DNA from: Acidobacteriota bacterium
GTDB lineage: Bacteria; Acidobacteriota; UBA6911; RPQK01; JAJDTT01
DNA length: 64,000 nt
Assembly: GCA_965209055.1 (NCBI GenBank)
Contig: OZ242374.1
Coordinates: 2,592,001-2,656,000, forward strand
Direction: 5' to 3'
Under the pieces are notes generated by a model. That model had not been told where the DNA came from and searched no databases. It saw only the letters and a program-made list of their open reading frames with translations. This document shows, in pieces, positions 1 to 9,470 of this stretch. A program made the translations under genes and the position numbers. Every line of letters starts with the position of its first letter. The first letter of the stretch is position 1.

Positions 1-1770
1 TTGGGAATCCCTCAACTGCTGGAGACGGAGATCGACCGCGATGGCATTCCCCTGGTGTCGATCCAGGGATATACGGGCTTCGGGGACCTCCAGAGGATCG
101 GACCCGTCAACATCGGCAACTGGCAGGTGAAGGACGATCTGACGCTTCAGCGCGGACACCACTCGATCCAGATGGGCGTGGAGTTTCGCCAGAATTACAA
201 CTTATTCGGGCTGCAGGGACGGTCCCAAATAGATTTCTACGATCGCTACACCGGAAACGGGTTTGCCGACTTCCTGTTGGGCTACCCTTCCAGGACCCTG
301 TTGGGTGGCGAGGAACGCCGGGGCAACTATCATCAGAACAGCATCTACAGCTACCTTCAGGACCGCTGGCGCATCACGCCCGATCTCTCTCTGACCCTGG
401 GCCTCCGGCACGAGTGGAGATACCCGTGGCGGGACAAGCGGGGATTCATGGGCAACTTCGATCCCGTCTCAGGAGAACTGATTCCTCCTCTCCTGGACCT
501 GGATCTGGCGCCGTGGGAAACGGGCCGTTTCCGCCCCAATTATCCGCTGGTCGAATGGCGGCCCTGGGAGGGCCTGCTGCCCAGGCTGGCAATGGCTCTC
601 CGGCTGGGACGGTCCTCGGTGCTCCATCTGGGACTCGGGCTCTATTCCAATGAAACCGATCTCTCGATGATTCAGGGAATGGGGAAGAATCCCCGGCCCG
701 GATCCCGGCTTCTGATCTTCAACGGCCCGCTGGAGAGTCCCGGGTTGTCCCTCTCCGATCCTTTTCCCGCCGAGTTGGCCAGTTCAGCCGTTCCCCTCCT
801 GACGGGGCACGAGACACCCACGGCGTTGCCCCGGACCCGCGCCTGGGGACTTTCGCTGCAACATCGATGGACCCCCGAGCTGATACTGGACGTGGGATAC
901 CAGAACTCGCGAACCGGCGGACGGTTGGAAACGGTCTCCTTCAACGACGCGGCGCCCGGCAGCGGTGACCGGCAGTCCAGGCGCCCCTTTCCCGAGCTGC
1001 AGACGGTCCTGTTCACGGGAGCCTTCGCCGATGCCTGGTATCACAGCTCATTTCTCCAGTTGGAAAAGAGGCCGGGCACGGACGGGCTCAGATTGCAGGG
1101 GGCATTTTCCTGGTCGAGCCTGATGGACACGGGGGGAGGGGACCAGGGGAACCAGAGCAACCTCCTGCTGCGGTCCATCAACCTGTCGCCGGAACTGAAT
1201 CGAGGGGTGGCGAACTCCCAGATTAAGAAGCGTCTCCTCTTATCCGGCAGTTACGACCTCCCCTTCGGTCCCAGGAGGCAATTCGTGCGGACCGGATGGG
1301 CGGGACGAATCCTGGGCGGCTGGTCGCTCCATGGCATCTCCACCTTCCAGGACGGGCCCTGGTTCACCGTCTATCTGCCCGGCGATCCGCTCGACACCGG
1401 GTCGCAATACTCCCAGTGGCCTGATCGCATCCGCGAAGCCAATCTGCCGTCGTCGCAGAGGCACCCCCAGCGCTGGTTCGACACCTCCGCCTTCGTCCGG
1501 CCGAAAGGATTTCGCTACGGGAACGGGGGGCGCAACACCATCGAGGGTCCCGGGGTCATCAATCTCGACGTATCCCTTCGCCGTGTCTTGCAGGTTCGCG
1601 ACGAAGAGACACTCGAGGTGAGGCTGGAGGCGTTCAACAGCCTCAACCGCGCCAACTTCAACCCCCGGGCACGGGATGGGATCACCCAGTTCGGAACCCC
1701 CGAATTCGGAGTCGTCGGCCGCGCCCTTGCAGGACGCCAGCTTCAATTGGCGCTCAAGTACTCCTTCTAA
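1..1770 (+). CDS. TonB-dependent receptor (Oar-like, acidobacterial type), C-terminal part; 5' end outside window
   Basis: Amphipathic beta-strands, motifs YLQDRWRITPDLSLTLGLRHE, GNGGRN..EGPG..NLDVSL, RLEAFN.LN..NF, ending QLALKYSF with terminal Phe. Confidence 0.9.
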   Translation: MGIPQLLETEIDRDGIPLVSIQGYTGFGDLQRIGPVNIGNWQVKDDLTLQRGHHSIQMGVEFRQNYNLFGLQGRSQIDFYDRYTGNGFADFLLGYPSRTLLGGEERRGNYHQNSIYSYLQDRWRITPDLSLTLGLRHEWRYPWRDKRGFMGNFDPVSGELIPPLLDLDLAPWETGRFRPNYPLVEWRPWEGLLPRLAMALRLGRSSVLHLGLGLYSNETDLSMIQGMGKNPRPGSRLLIFNGPLESPGLSLSDPFPAELASSAVPLLTGHETPTALPRTRAWGLSLQHRWTPELILDVGYQNSRTGGRLETVSFNDAAPGSGDRQSRRPFPELQTVLFTGAFADAWYHSSFLQLEKRPGTDGLRLQGAFSWSSLMDTGGGDQGNQSNLLLRSINLSPELNRGVANSQIKKRLLLSGSYDLPFGPRRQFVRTGWAGRILGGWSLHGISTFQDGPWFTVYLPGDPLDTGSQYSQWPDRIREANLPSSQRHPQRWFDTSAFVRPKGFRYGNGGRNTIEGPGVINLDVSLRRVLQVRDEETLEVRLEAFNSLNRANFNPRARDGITQFGTPEFGVVGRALAGRQLQLALKYSF

Positions 1771-1777
1771 GAAAAAC

Positions 1778-1915
1778 GAGGGACGATTTCCAATCGCCCA
1801 GTCTTCGTTGCCAAGTTTGTCATTCAGGAGTTCGGCGATTGGAAATCGCCGCTCCAGTTCGGCGATTGGAAATCGCCGCTCCAGTTCGGCGGTTAGGAAA
1901 CCGCCGCTCCTTTCC
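1778..1915. repeat. REP-like palindrome cluster: one degenerate inverted copy (1778-1799) plus three tandem 27-28 nt units
   Basis: AGTTCGGCGATTGGAAATCGCCGCTCC at 1829-1855 and 1856-1882, variant at 1883-1910; each has a GGCGATT/AATCGCC-type hairpin; reverse complement recurs at 5715-5784. Confidence 0.85.
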
Positions 1916-1956
1916 TTTTTCTACCGGGCGTCCGCCGGACCGGGCCGGCGGGAGGA

Positions 1957-1981
1957 GGGCGGCCACAAGGGTCTCCTCTAC
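1957..1981 (-). repeat. GTAG-type REP-like element
   Basis: Minus strand reads GTAGAGGAGACCCTTGTGGCCGCCC: GTAG tetranucleotide followed by an imperfect palindrome. Confidence 0.55.
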
Positions 1982-2028
1982 GGACGAAAACCAGCTATGT
2001 GTCGGCAGGTGAGAATCGGACTTCCACC

Positions 2029-2307
2029 CTAAACCAATTGGATATTCACGCGTCGTCCCACGACCTCCGCCGCCCGCTGGAGGCTGGAGAGCGTAATGTC
2101 GTCGTTTGGATCGAGCAAACGGTCCACTTGAGAACGGCTGGTCTTCAGCAGCATGGCCATCTTGCTTTTGGAGAGATTCCTGCTCTTCATGGCGGCGGCT
2201 AGTTGCCACGCGACAACCTCTTTTATCGCTTGTGTTTGAGCTTCATCGAAGGTGCCTTCTGCTTTGAGAAATTCATCAAGGGTCGATCCCATGTGTTTCT
2301 CGCTCAT
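2029..2307 (-). CDS. XRE-family HTH antitoxin (HigA-like)
   Basis: MSEKHMGSTLDEFLKAEG...LSKSKMAMLLKTSRSQVDRLLDP..ITLSSLQRAA; start overlaps the toxin stop (ATGA). Confidence 0.88.
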   Translation of the reverse strand: MSEKHMGSTLDEFLKAEGTFDEAQTQAIKEVVAWQLAAAMKSRNLSKSKMAMLLKTSRSQVDRLLDPNDDITLSSLQRAAEVVGRRVNIQLV

Positions 2308-2663
2308 CGTTCCAACTCCTTCTTGCGGTTGTGCGCTTTGGCAAGATCGGATTTCGGGGTAGCTCGAGTCTTCTTGATGAACCCGTGCAACGCCACGAGA
2401 TGTTCGCGGAAAAAACAGAGCAGCACTCGCGCCGTCCGGTTCGTCGGCAGGTCTGTCCGTACTTCCCAAAGACCTTCGCCCAACGGTCGAACTAGGGGCA
2501 TACCCACCGGCCAACGCCATTGCGCCCGCATCAAATCGATCCCTATCGCTCGTCGCTCTTTTTTATCCAACCCTTTCAGCCATTCCCTGACGGGTTCCCG
2601 ACCCGCACCGGTGCGGTAGAACACCAACGGGGTTTTCTGCGGTGCTTCTACCATGTCGTCCAT
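2304..2663 (-). CDS. Type II toxin, RelE/ParE superfamily (HigB/Gp49-like)
   Basis: FYRT.AGREPVREWL, WPVGMPLVRPLGEGLWEVR, ALHGFIKKT; toxin-before-antitoxin order. Confidence 0.88.
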   Translation of the reverse strand: MDDMVEAPQKTPLVFYRTGAGREPVREWLKGLDKKERRAIGIDLMRAQWRWPVGMPLVRPLGEGLWEVRTDLPTNRTARVLLCFFREHLVALHGFIKKTRATPKSDLAKAHNRKKELER

Positions 2664-2683
2664 TCAGTGGCATTTCGCCGCGA

Positions 2684-2704
2684 ATTGTACCATAAAAAGT
2701 GCAT
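2684..2704 (-). promoter_or_regulatory. Extended -10 promoter with overlapping imperfect palindrome (probable TA operator)
   Basis: Minus strand TGCACTTTTTATGGTACAAT: TG-n-TACAAT overlapped by TGCAC-N8-GTACA, ~20 nt upstream of the toxin start. Confidence 0.55.
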
Positions 2705-3032
2705 CTTCCACGGTCCGGCCGGAGTGGATTCCCACTGCGTCAAATTCGTGCAAACTGAGACTCCGGCAACAAATCGCACTAGCACGCGACCGGCACGGTA
2801 CAACAGGCCCAAAACGAAGGAAGGGAGTATCGAAGCGGTCGCCCCGAATGCCCAACTGCGCTTCCGGTTTCCGGAGGATTGCGCTATGCTCTCTTTTCGC
2901 CTGAACGGCCCCCTTTCGAGTCGTTTTCGAGGACTTTTCGAGCGCTCCCGGGAACGCCTGCCAAGGCTGGGATTTTGGGGAATGCAGGCGCCGTGATCCC
3001 GCTTCATAGGCTGCTTCGGAGACCAGCAGAAC

Positions 3033-3452
3033 GTGGCCGTCATCGAGATCAACAGGCACCCTTCGAGCCGTGAGCTGCGCCAATTTTCTACCATCGGATG
3101 GCCCATTTTCTGCGGTCTCCTGGGAGCCTGGAGGGTCTATGGTTCCGATGATTGGACCCTGGCTGGAGCCGTCTGGTCGCTGGGTGTGACCGGCGCCATC
3201 GTCGGATGGCTGAGGCCGGCCTGGGTGCGGCCCGTGTACGTGGGTTGGCTGTATGCCGTATTTCCCATCGGTTGGACCATCTCGCATCTGATCCTGGCCG
3301 TCATCTATTACCTGATCCTCACTCCCATCGGACTCGTGGTACGCTGGTTCCGGCCCGACCCGCTGGGGTTGAACCTGGACCGGAAGCGGGACACCTATTG
3401 GGTTCCCCATGATCCCGGCCACGATCCGAAGCGTTACTTTCGACAATTCTGA
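3033..3452 (+). CDS. SxtJ-family membrane protein
   Basis: RELRQF, hydrophobic helices, VY.GW...FPIGW.IS..IL...YY..LTPIG...R....DPL, TYW, ending YFRQF. Confidence 0.8.
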   Translation: MAVIEINRHPSSRELRQFSTIGWPIFCGLLGAWRVYGSDDWTLAGAVWSLGVTGAIVGWLRPAWVRPVYVGWLYAVFPIGWTISHLILAVIYYLILTPIGLVVRWFRPDPLGLNLDRKRDTYWVPHDPGHDPKRYFRQF

Positions 3453-3473
3453 GGGAGGTTCCGGAAGCGTTCC

Positions 3474-3680
3474 ATGACCGACGAAGGCTCGTCCGAGGTT
3501 TCGCGATTCCGCCGGGACGCCGAACGGCCCCAGACCGGAATCGTCCGGGAATTCTGGGACTTCCTGCGCCACAACAAGAAGTGGTGGCTGACCCCAATCA
3601 TCGTCGTGCTGTTGCTGTTGGGGGTTCTGATCGTGCTGTCGGGTTCGGCGGCGGCGCCATTCATCTACACTCTTTTCTAA
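3474..3680 (+). CDS. DUF5989 (SxtK-like) small membrane protein
   Basis: EFWDFL..NKKWWL.PII...[11 protein letters not shown] signature. Confidence 0.88.
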   Translation: MTDEGSSEVSRFRRDAERPQTGIVREFWDFLRHNKKWWLTPIIVVLLLLGVLIVLSGSAAAPFIYTLF

Positions 3681-3693
3681 CGGGGCCGAGACC

Positions 3694-4737
3694 ATGAACA
3701 ACTATCCGAAGCTTCACAATGCCGGCTGGCCGGGAGTCGTGGGGAAGGGACCGGATGCCGAGGAGCCCTTCATCGATCTGGACACCATGCTGGACTGGAC
3801 GGCGGCAGCCGAGGTGGACGGCGTCCGGTTCGACGGGGTCGACCTCTTCCTGAGCGCTCCCCACGTGGACATCGACTCCACCGACGACGATCTGAAGAGA
3901 CTGGCCGAGAAGGTCCAGGCGCTGGGTCTGGTCATCGGAAGCGTGGTGGCCCCCGTGTGGCCTCCCACCGGCGGCGGATCGGCCATGGGAGACGAGGCCG
4001 AACGGGGACGGTTCCTGAGCATGGTCGAAAAGGCCTGCGCCATTGCCCGGCGGCTCCGGGAGTTGGAAGTGCGTCCCTACGGCGTGGTCCGCATCGATTC
4101 CTCGGTGGACCCCGGGACCTGGGCGGCCGACCCGGAGGCCAACACCAGGCGTATCGCCGACACCTTTCGGGAAGCGTGCTCCCGGGCCGGGGACCAGGGC
4201 GAGCTCCTGGCGGCCGAGGGAGAGGTCTGCTGGGGCGGCATGCACAGTTGGAAGGAGATGCTGAAGCTGCTGGAACTGGTCGACCGGCCGGAAATTCTGG
4301 GTTTTCAGGCGGACATGGCTCACACCTTGCTCTATCTGCTGGGCGTCAACGCGGCAAGCGACGCGATCCTGCCGGCGGACTTCGATTGGCAGGACCAGGA
4401 GACGTTCGGGCAGGCGTACCGGACCCTGACCGACAGCCTCAGGCCCTGGACCATCGATTTCCACGTGGCCCAGAACGACGCTACGGTCAAGGGTTCCGGC
4501 TCCCACGACAAGACGGGCCGCCACTGTCTGCCCGCCGATCCCGGTGGCAAGCTGGACATCGTCCGGGCGGCCGGACACTGGCTTCGGGACTCCGATGGGG
4601 AAGTCACACGAGCTTGCCGGCACATCTGTTGGGACGGCTGCATGTTCCCCAACCGGATCATGTCGGACCCTGGAACCTGGAACCAGATTCTCTCCAGCAT
4701 GATCCAGGTTCGCGATGCCCACGGTTGGGAGGAGTGA
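3694..4737 (+). CDS. Xylose isomerase-like TIM-barrel sugar isomerase/epimerase
   Basis: [33 protein letters not shown] motifs. Confidence 0.8.
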   Translation: MNNYPKLHNAGWPGVVGKGPDAEEPFIDLDTMLDWTAAAEVDGVRFDGVDLFLSAPHVDIDSTDDDLKRLAEKVQALGLVIGSVVAPVWPPTGGGSAMGDEAERGRFLSMVEKACAIARRLRELEVRPYGVVRIDSSVDPGTWAADPEANTRRIADTFREACSRAGDQGELLAAEGEVCWGGMHSWKEMLKLLELVDRPEILGFQADMAHTLLYLLGVNAASDAILPADFDWQDQETFGQAYRTLTDSLRPWTIDFHVAQNDATVKGSGSHDKTGRHCLPADPGGKLDIVRAAGHWLRDSDGEVTRACRHICWDGCMFPNRIMSDPGTWNQILSSMIQVRDAHGWEE

Positions 4738-4755
4738 GCCGGCATCGGGACTGAA

Positions 4756-5772
4756 ATGGCTCGAAACGAGTCCCTTCTGCCCTCCGCCGTAGAGGCCATC
4801 GGCCGGACTCCGCTGGTCGAGCTCTCCCGGATCGCCAGCGGCGTGCAGGGCCGGATCCTGGCGAAGCTGGACCACCTCAATCCGGGTTTTTCCAAGAAGG
4901 ACCGGATCGCGCGGCAGATCATCGAAGATGCCGAAGCGGGCGGCGAGATCCGCCCGGGACAGACGGTGATCGAGCTCACCAGCGGGAACACCGGCACCGG
5001 CCTGGCCATCGTCTGCGGCCTCAAGGGCTATCCCTTCGTGGCGGTCATGTCCAAGGGAAACTCGGGAGAGCGGGCGCGCATGATGAGGTCGCTGGGGGCG
5101 GAAGTGGTCCTGGTGGACCAGCTTCCCGATTCGGTTCCGGGACAGGTGTCGGGGGGAGATCTGGAACTGGTGGAGCAGGCGACGCGGGAACTCGTGCGGG
5201 AGCGCCGCGCGTTTCGCGCCGATCAGTTCCTGCACCGGGGCAATTTCCGGGCCCACTACCTGCATACCGGTCCCGAGTTTCTGGAGCAGTCGGACCATTC
5301 GATCCAGGCCTTCTGCGACTTCGTGGGGAGCGGAGGCACTTTTGCCGGCTGTGCGGCGGCGTTCAAGGAGTACGATCCCGGGATCCGGTGCTACGTGGTG
5401 GAGCCGCATGGGGCCGCGGTCCTCGCCGGGGAGGAGGCCGCCCATCCCGGCCACAGGATTCAGGGAGGCGGCTACTCCATGGCCGACCTGGCCTGCATCG
5501 ATGGCGCCCACGTGGACGGTTATCTGCAGGTCACGGACGACGAGGCGGTCGGGATGGCTCGCCGCCTGGCCCGGGAGGAAGGCATCTTCGCGGGTTTCTC
5601 CAGCGGCGCCAACCTGGCCGGCGCGCTGCAGCTCCTGAACGGGCCTTGCGCCGGGAGGACGGTGGCCATCATGATCTGTGATTCGGGATTGAAATACCTG
5701 AGCACGGATCTTTGGGAAAGGAGCGGCGGTTTCCAACCGCCGAACTCCTCGGAAAGGAGCGGCGGTTTCTAA
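4756..5772 (+). CDS. PLP-dependent cysteine synthase-family protein
   Basis: IGRTPLV, NPGFSKKDR (PLP Lys), TSGNTG, GSGGT, GFSSGAN, DSGLKYLST; C-terminus runs into REP repeats. Confidence 0.88.
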   Translation: MARNESLLPSAVEAIGRTPLVELSRIASGVQGRILAKLDHLNPGFSKKDRIARQIIEDAEAGGEIRPGQTVIELTSGNTGTGLAIVCGLKGYPFVAVMSKGNSGERARMMRSLGAEVVLVDQLPDSVPGQVSGGDLELVEQATRELVRERRAFRADQFLHRGNFRAHYLHTGPEFLEQSDHSIQAFCDFVGSGGTFAGCAAAFKEYDPGIRCYVVEPHGAAVLAGEEAAHPGHRIQGGGYSMADLACIDGAHVDGYLQVTDDEAVGMARRLAREEGIFAGFSSGANLAGALQLLNGPCAGRTVAIMICDSGLKYLSTDLWERSGGFQPPNSSERSGGF

Positions 5773-5784
5773 CCGCCGAACTCC
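5715..5784 (+). repeat. Two tandem GGAG-type REP-like units (36-nt period)
   Basis: GGAAAGGAGCGGCGGTTTC(C/T)AACCGCCGAACTCC at 5715-5748 and 5751-5784. Confidence 0.85.
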
Positions 5785-5894
5785 GATGGATCCAGAGAGA
5801 GACGCGGCAGGGTGGACAAGATGGTCCCTCTTCCCGACGGTGACGAGCCTGGCTGGGAGTCGTCATGAGTCCTGTTTCGCAGAATTGAGGTGTA

Positions 5895-6734
5895 GTGATG
5901 AGAGCGACCAGACGCGGACTTTTTAAGCTGGGGATGATGGCTTCTGCGGGGATCCTTGCAGGCCGGACCAAGGTGGCGCATGCGAAGAAGCGGGCCTTGA
6001 AGTTAGGTGTGGCCAGCTACTCGCTGCGGAACATCCCCCGTCCCGGGGCCATCGAAATGGTGCGGGCGTTGGGGACGCCTTACGTCAACATCAAGTCGTT
6101 TCACATTCCGTATGAGACCTCGAAGGCGGAGCGGGCGCGGGCGCGGGCCCAATTCGAAAAGTCCGGCCTGCAGATCGTCGGTGGAGGGGTGGTCGCCTTC
6201 AAGGAAGACACGGACGACGCCGTAGAGTTTTTCTTCAAGTACGCCAAACAGTGCGGCATGCCTCTGATGGCGATCGCCCCCACGGCTCAGGTCATGCCGC
6301 GGGTGGAGAAATTCGTCAAGCGTTACGGCATCGCCGTGGCCATCCACAATCACGGCCCCGAGGACAAGCATTTCCCGGCGCCCTCGGACGGGCTCAAGGT
6401 GATCAAGGGAATGGACCCCCGGGTGGGATTGTGCGTTGACGTGGGCCACACGGCCCGCACCGGTGTCGACGTGGTGGATGCGGTCCGCGAAGCGGGCAGC
6501 CGAATTCTGGACGTGCACATGAAGGACCTGCGGGATCTCACGGACCACAGGAGCCAGTGCGCCATCGGTGAGGGCAAGATGCCGGTGGCCGACATCTTCC
6601 GGGAACTGATCCGAATGGGCTATGCGGGCCACGTCAACCTGGAATACGAGATCGAACCGGACAATCCCCTGCCGGGCATGAAGCAGTCCTTTGCGTATAT
6701 GCGGGGAGTCCTGGACGGTCTGGCCGGGTCGTGA
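5895..6734 (+). CDS. Tat-exported sugar phosphate isomerase/epimerase (TIM barrel)
   Basis: TRRGLFK Tat motif; LGVASYSLR, IHNHGPED, DVGH, HMKD, LEYE. Confidence 0.85.
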   Translation: MMRATRRGLFKLGMMASAGILAGRTKVAHAKKRALKLGVASYSLRNIPRPGAIEMVRALGTPYVNIKSFHIPYETSKAERARARAQFEKSGLQIVGGGVVAFKEDTDDAVEFFFKYAKQCGMPLMAIAPTAQVMPRVEKFVKRYGIAVAIHNHGPEDKHFPAPSDGLKVIKGMDPRVGLCVDVGHTARTGVDVVDAVREAGSRILDVHMKDLRDLTDHRSQCAIGEGKMPVADIFRELIRMGYAGHVNLEYEIEPDNPLPGMKQSFAYMRGVLDGLAGS

Positions 6735-6761
6735 CGGGCTCTTGAACCGGATCTCGGAAGT

Positions 6762-7877
6762 TCAGTCGATCCTGCCGAAGATCCCGACGTAGGTGGGTTT
6801 CTCGCTCGTGGGAACCGGGCCCCCGAACCGGGTCAGGCGGCCGTCCGGTCCGATCCGGAAGATGAGGATCGAGTCGGCGTCCTGATTCGCCACCAGCAAC
6901 AGCCGTCCGCCGGGATCGATGTCGAAGTTCCGCGGAATCCGGATCAATCCGTCTCCCTGCTCCCAGCCGATCCGTTCCAGTCGCCCCGTTCCGGGATCCA
7001 CCCGGAAGATGACGATGCTGTTGTGTCCCCGGTTGGACGCATAGACGAACTCCCCCGACGGAGAGACCAGGATGTGGGCGCCGGTGTTTCTGCTGCGGTC
7101 GAACCCGGAGGGCAGCGAGTCCACCGTCTCCCTGCCGGAGAGCCGGCCGGTGGCTGCGTCGTAGCGCCAGGAGTGGACCGTGCTGTTGGTCTCGTTGACG
7201 GCGTAGGCGAAGCGGCCGCCGGGATGAAACGCCATGTGCCGGGGACCGGCTCCCTCGTCGGTGGGAGCCACCGCCGGATCGTTCGGTTCCAACCGGCCCG
7301 ATTCGGCGTCGAAGCGGAACTGGGCAATGTAGTCGGAGTTGGTGCAGGGAATGAAATAGTAGTTGCCGCCGGGGTCCGCTTGGACCATGTGCGTCTTCTT
7401 TCCCACTTTTCTCGTTAGCACGGGGTTTCCCGCAGCGCCGTCGGGACCCAGGGGCAGGACCGAGACGTAGCCCGCTCCGGGATGATAGTGAACCACCAGG
7501 AGCCAGCGTCCCGAGGGATGCACGTGGAGGTGAGGAGGCGATCCCGGACCAACCGGGGTCCGTGAAATCCGCCGCAGGCCGCGGTCTCCGTCCTCGATGG
7601 CCAGAGCGACCACGTGGGGCGGTTCCAACCGGTCCAGGGCATACAGGAATTTCCCGTTGGGATGGCGCGCCACGTAGGGAAAGCTGCCCGAGTCGTCGGT
7701 GGGCCGCAGGGCCCCGGAGCCCCGCTTCTCCAGGATTCCCCGATTCAGGTCCAGCGTGTGGATGTCGATCCGGCTGCTCCCTCCGGCAACGTAGACGATC
7801 GGGTCCGGGTTTCGAGCCTTCACCGTCTGAGTCAAGAAAAGGACCATGAAGCAGTATCCGAGGTGTTTTTTAGCCAT
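6762..7877 (-). CDS. Lactonase family 7-bladed beta-propeller (6-phosphogluconolactonase-like), probably secreted
   Basis: GAGPRHMAFHP, YAVNE, YASNRGHNSI, PRNF.IDP.G..LLVANQ; start uncertain (7877 or 7934). Confidence 0.85.
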   Translation of the reverse strand: MAKKHLGYCFMVLFLTQTVKARNPDPIVYVAGGSSRIDIHTLDLNRGILEKRGSGALRPTDDSGSFPYVARHPNGKFLYALDRLEPPHVVALAIEDGDRGLRRISRTPVGPGSPPHLHVHPSGRWLLVVHYHPGAGYVSVLPLGPDGAAGNPVLTRKVGKKTHMVQADPGGNYYFIPCTNSDYIAQFRFDAESGRLEPNDPAVAPTDEGAGPRHMAFHPGGRFAYAVNETNSTVHSWRYDAATGRLSGRETVDSLPSGFDRSRNTGAHILVSPSGEFVYASNRGHNSIVIFRVDPGTGRLERIGWEQGDGLIRIPRNFDIDPGGRLLLVANQDADSILIFRIGPDGRLTRFGGPVPTSEKPTYVGIFGRID

Positions 7878-7948
7878 CTGTGTGCCTGCGGCGGCCCATG
7901 ATAGCATGCCTTTTCCGAGATCCCGGAGAGCCAAAGAGGAGGGTGGCC

Positions 7949-9460
7949 ATGTCTCAAACCATCGATCGGCGCCAGTTCCAGAAACGGCTCACGGCCGCGC
8001 TTGCCGCCACTGCCGTGCTGCCGCTGGGATGCGAGACACGGGGCCCGGCTTCCGAGGCTCCGGTTTCGTCCGGAGACAAAACTCCCGAGGGAGGCAGCGG
8101 AATCCTGAGCGTGACCCGGGGGGCTCCCGTCCTCACGGTGCCGGAGGTCATGCCGGAGGGCGCGCGATGGCGCTACGGCCTGATACTCCCCTTCCAGGCC
8201 GGGCCCTACACCGGGGGAGCCTTCGTCAACGTGCGCATCCGCAACGGGGTCATGGGCCACAAGAGCGGCCATGGCGACTACGAGGTGGGAAACGACGTGG
8301 TGCTCTTCGATTCCATCGATGGGATTCGTTCGGGCTCGACCTTGAATCTCCACCGCAATCACGACGAGCCGAATCCCCACTCCGATCCGCCGGGGCAGAC
8401 GTCCATCATGGTCAAGTACCCCATGCGGGGTGGCTTCGTTCCCCTGGGAGCCAAAACCGCCTCGGGAGCGGATCACTCGGCCGCGGGGACGGGGTTCGGT
8501 ATCAGCCTGGCGCTGGCGCGGCGCAAGAAGGGGACGGACCACCCCGACGGAGCCGAGTACAGCCAGGAGGAAAATTACCAGTACTTCGAGGTGTTCCAAC
8601 TGTCCTTCGACGGCGAACGGATGCGGCGGACCGATGTGCAGAGGTTCCGGCCGGAATCCATGGTCGAGGGGTGGTGGATCTACAACGGCGGGCTCGCCAA
8701 CGCCATTCCTTCGGGCGACGATCTTCTGCTGTGCGTGTCCGCGGCCGCGCGCAAGGGCGGTGACGGCTACGATCCCCGCGTGCCGGGCGGCTCCGGTGTC
8801 CTTCGCTGGAGCCGGCAGGGAGGCCGGTGGCAACCCGAGTCGTTCGTCATGGTGACCGGCGCCGACTCCTCCAGCGAGGCCAGCCTGATCCGGGATCTGG
8901 ATGGATCGCTTCTCTTCGCAGCCCGGCCCGGCCCGCAGGATTTCCACTCGATCCGGGTCTGGCGGTCACAGGACGAGGGGCGGAGCTGGAAGAAGATCAT
9001 CGATGTCCGGGGGGTCATCTCCATCGCCCCCATCACCCTGAACCAGGCTGTGGACGGGACTCCCTACATTGCTTCGAACATCTACCTGGTGCCGACCCAT
9101 CCCATCGACAAGCGCTTCCGGACCATTCGGGACCGCCAGGGCCGAGTGAGGGGAGGCGGATGGACCCGGCAGAAGCTCTACCTCTGGCCGCTGAACCAGG
9201 AGCGCACCGGTTTGGAGGCGCCCATTCCGGCCCGCGACTGCCGGGCGGAGTTCGGTCCGCCGCCGGGAGATTCCATGTGGCGGGTGGACCACCCTTTTGC
9301 CGCCAATCTCCATCTGGGAGACGGGAATTGGCACAACGTCATGGGTTACCGGATCCATGAGGATGTGGAGGACCATGATGCCGTCCTTCCCCCCGAGACC
9401 GGTTCGTACCTGGAGGAGGTCATCTCCGCCGGCCCGCCGATTCCTGCTTGGAAATTCTGA
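7949..9460 (+). CDS. Tat lipoprotein with sialidase-like (Asp-box) propeller features; function unknown
   Basis: SD GAGGAGG; DRRQF Tat motif, lipobox LGC, Asp-box SQDEGRSW. Confidence 0.65.
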   Translation: MSQTIDRRQFQKRLTAALAATAVLPLGCETRGPASEAPVSSGDKTPEGGSGILSVTRGAPVLTVPEVMPEGARWRYGLILPFQAGPYTGGAFVNVRIRNGVMGHKSGHGDYEVGNDVVLFDSIDGIRSGSTLNLHRNHDEPNPHSDPPGQTSIMVKYPMRGGFVPLGAKTASGADHSAAGTGFGISLALARRKKGTDHPDGAEYSQEENYQYFEVFQLSFDGERMRRTDVQRFRPESMVEGWWIYNGGLANAIPSGDDLLLCVSAAARKGGDGYDPRVPGGSGVLRWSRQGGRWQPESFVMVTGADSSSEASLIRDLDGSLLFAARPGPQDFHSIRVWRSQDEGRSWKKIIDVRGVISIAPITLNQAVDGTPYIASNIYLVPTHPIDKRFRTIRDRQGRVRGGGWTRQKLYLWPLNQERTGLEAPIPARDCRAEFGPPPGDSMWRVDHPFAANLHLGDGNWHNVMGYRIHEDVEDHDAVLPPETGSYLEEVISAGPPIPAWKF

Positions 9461-9470
9461 GTTCGGGGGA

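Noticed and set aside
1829-1910. 27-nt palindromic tandem repeats as a CRISPR array
   Set aside because: Units are contiguous with no spacers, no cas genes are present, and dispersed copies elsewhere fit REPs.
3033-3680. Saxitoxin biosynthesis cluster
   Set aside because: Only SxtJ/SxtK-like genes are present; these families are widespread and no core sxt enzymes are seen.
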